25,487 bases of DNA from a virus (lineage: Duplodnaviria > Caudoviricetes): the IMG/VR virus record IMGVR_UViG_3300042901_000001, positions 1 through 25,487 of that record, one strand, 5' to 3'. Below, one piece after another: positions 25,124 through 25,487 of the stretch (position 1 is its first letter; each line of letters begins with the position of its first letter). Both the position numbers and the translations under genes were made by a program. Below the pieces are notes generated by a model. That model saw only the letters and a list, made by a program, of their open reading frames with translations. It made no database searches and had not been told where the DNA came from.

Positions 25124-25399
25124 ATGTACTGGACCGAATCATTAGGCCGAATTGAGCTGCAGATCACTAAAAAACAGGCCGATAGCTGCAGCCACCCAGG
25201 ACAATGTGACGTTGACGTTGAAGCTTTAAAGCTTAACCCGTCTATTGCCCGTCAACTTAAAAAGCTAGATCCCGTCATTGTCTCCGCTGCTCTTAAGGAA
25301 TACGGGGCATGGAATGATCTAGAATTAAGCGATCACAATGAGAATTTAACCCGTTTACTGTGGGTGGCTTGCTGTGATGTCTCCGAAGGCAATATTTAA
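25124..25399 (+). CDS. early phage hypothetical protein (CSHPGQCD...LKEYGAW...RLLWVAC)
   Basis: 91-aa ORF with SD AAGGG; motif recurrent in phage early regions. Confidence 0.75.
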   Translation: MYWTESLGRIELQITKKQADSCSHPGQCDVDVEALKLNPSIARQLKKLDPVIVSAALKEYGAWNDLELSDHNENLTRLLWVACCDVSEGNI

Positions 25400-25410
25400 A
25401 AGGTTTCAAT

Positions 25411-25487
25411 ATGCTTAAAAAAATGCGCTCAAAATTCCGCTCTAGGTGTTCACAGTCCCATGCTGTGATAAATGTCGGGGACTGGAT
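25411..25487 (+). CDS. partial early gene (MLKKMRSKFRSRCSQSHAVINVGDW...), truncated by the window
   Basis: ATG after AAGG; open to the window end. Confidence 0.55.
   Translation, partial: MLKKMRSKFRSRCSQSHAVINVGDW

Noticed and set aside
1-25487. tRNA, rRNA, integrase/att, IS element, intron or intein, stop-codon recoding
   Set aside because: None recognised; terL, portal and MCP are uninterrupted and of normal size, and genes tile tightly under the standard code.

Overview
This window is a segment of a tailed dsDNA phage genome (Caudoviricetes, podovirus-type architecture, no tape measure or sheath gene). Positions 1-24391 are one long minus-strand late module. In transcription order it encodes an HExxH protein, terminase small and large subunits, a block of small basic or metal-binding proteins, portal, scaffold, major capsid protein, a glycosyltransferase, head-tail adaptor, several modular tail fibres with chaperones, a holin, nozzle/tail tube, a DDxxD protein, three ejection proteins (the last carrying a lytic transglycosylase) and four small membrane proteins. 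After a ~630-bp non-coding gap (24392-25018), plus-strand early-type small genes begin. The gap probably holds the packaging end or terminus (inference). It carries a dense cluster of host-regulator-like sites: GGGTAAACCC palindromic repeats, a canonical CTGT-N8-ACAG LexA box and a strong Fur box, which points to a beta- or gammaproteobacterial host. The most interesting leads are: (1) that host transcription-factor site array; (2) a recurring terminal 'GLL' motif on predicted capsid-internal proteins, including a stand-alone zincin; (3) virion-module enzymes (GT-A glycosyltransferase, DDxxD protein, HiPIP-like Cys protein). All family assignments come from motif recognition and synteny, not from database searches.
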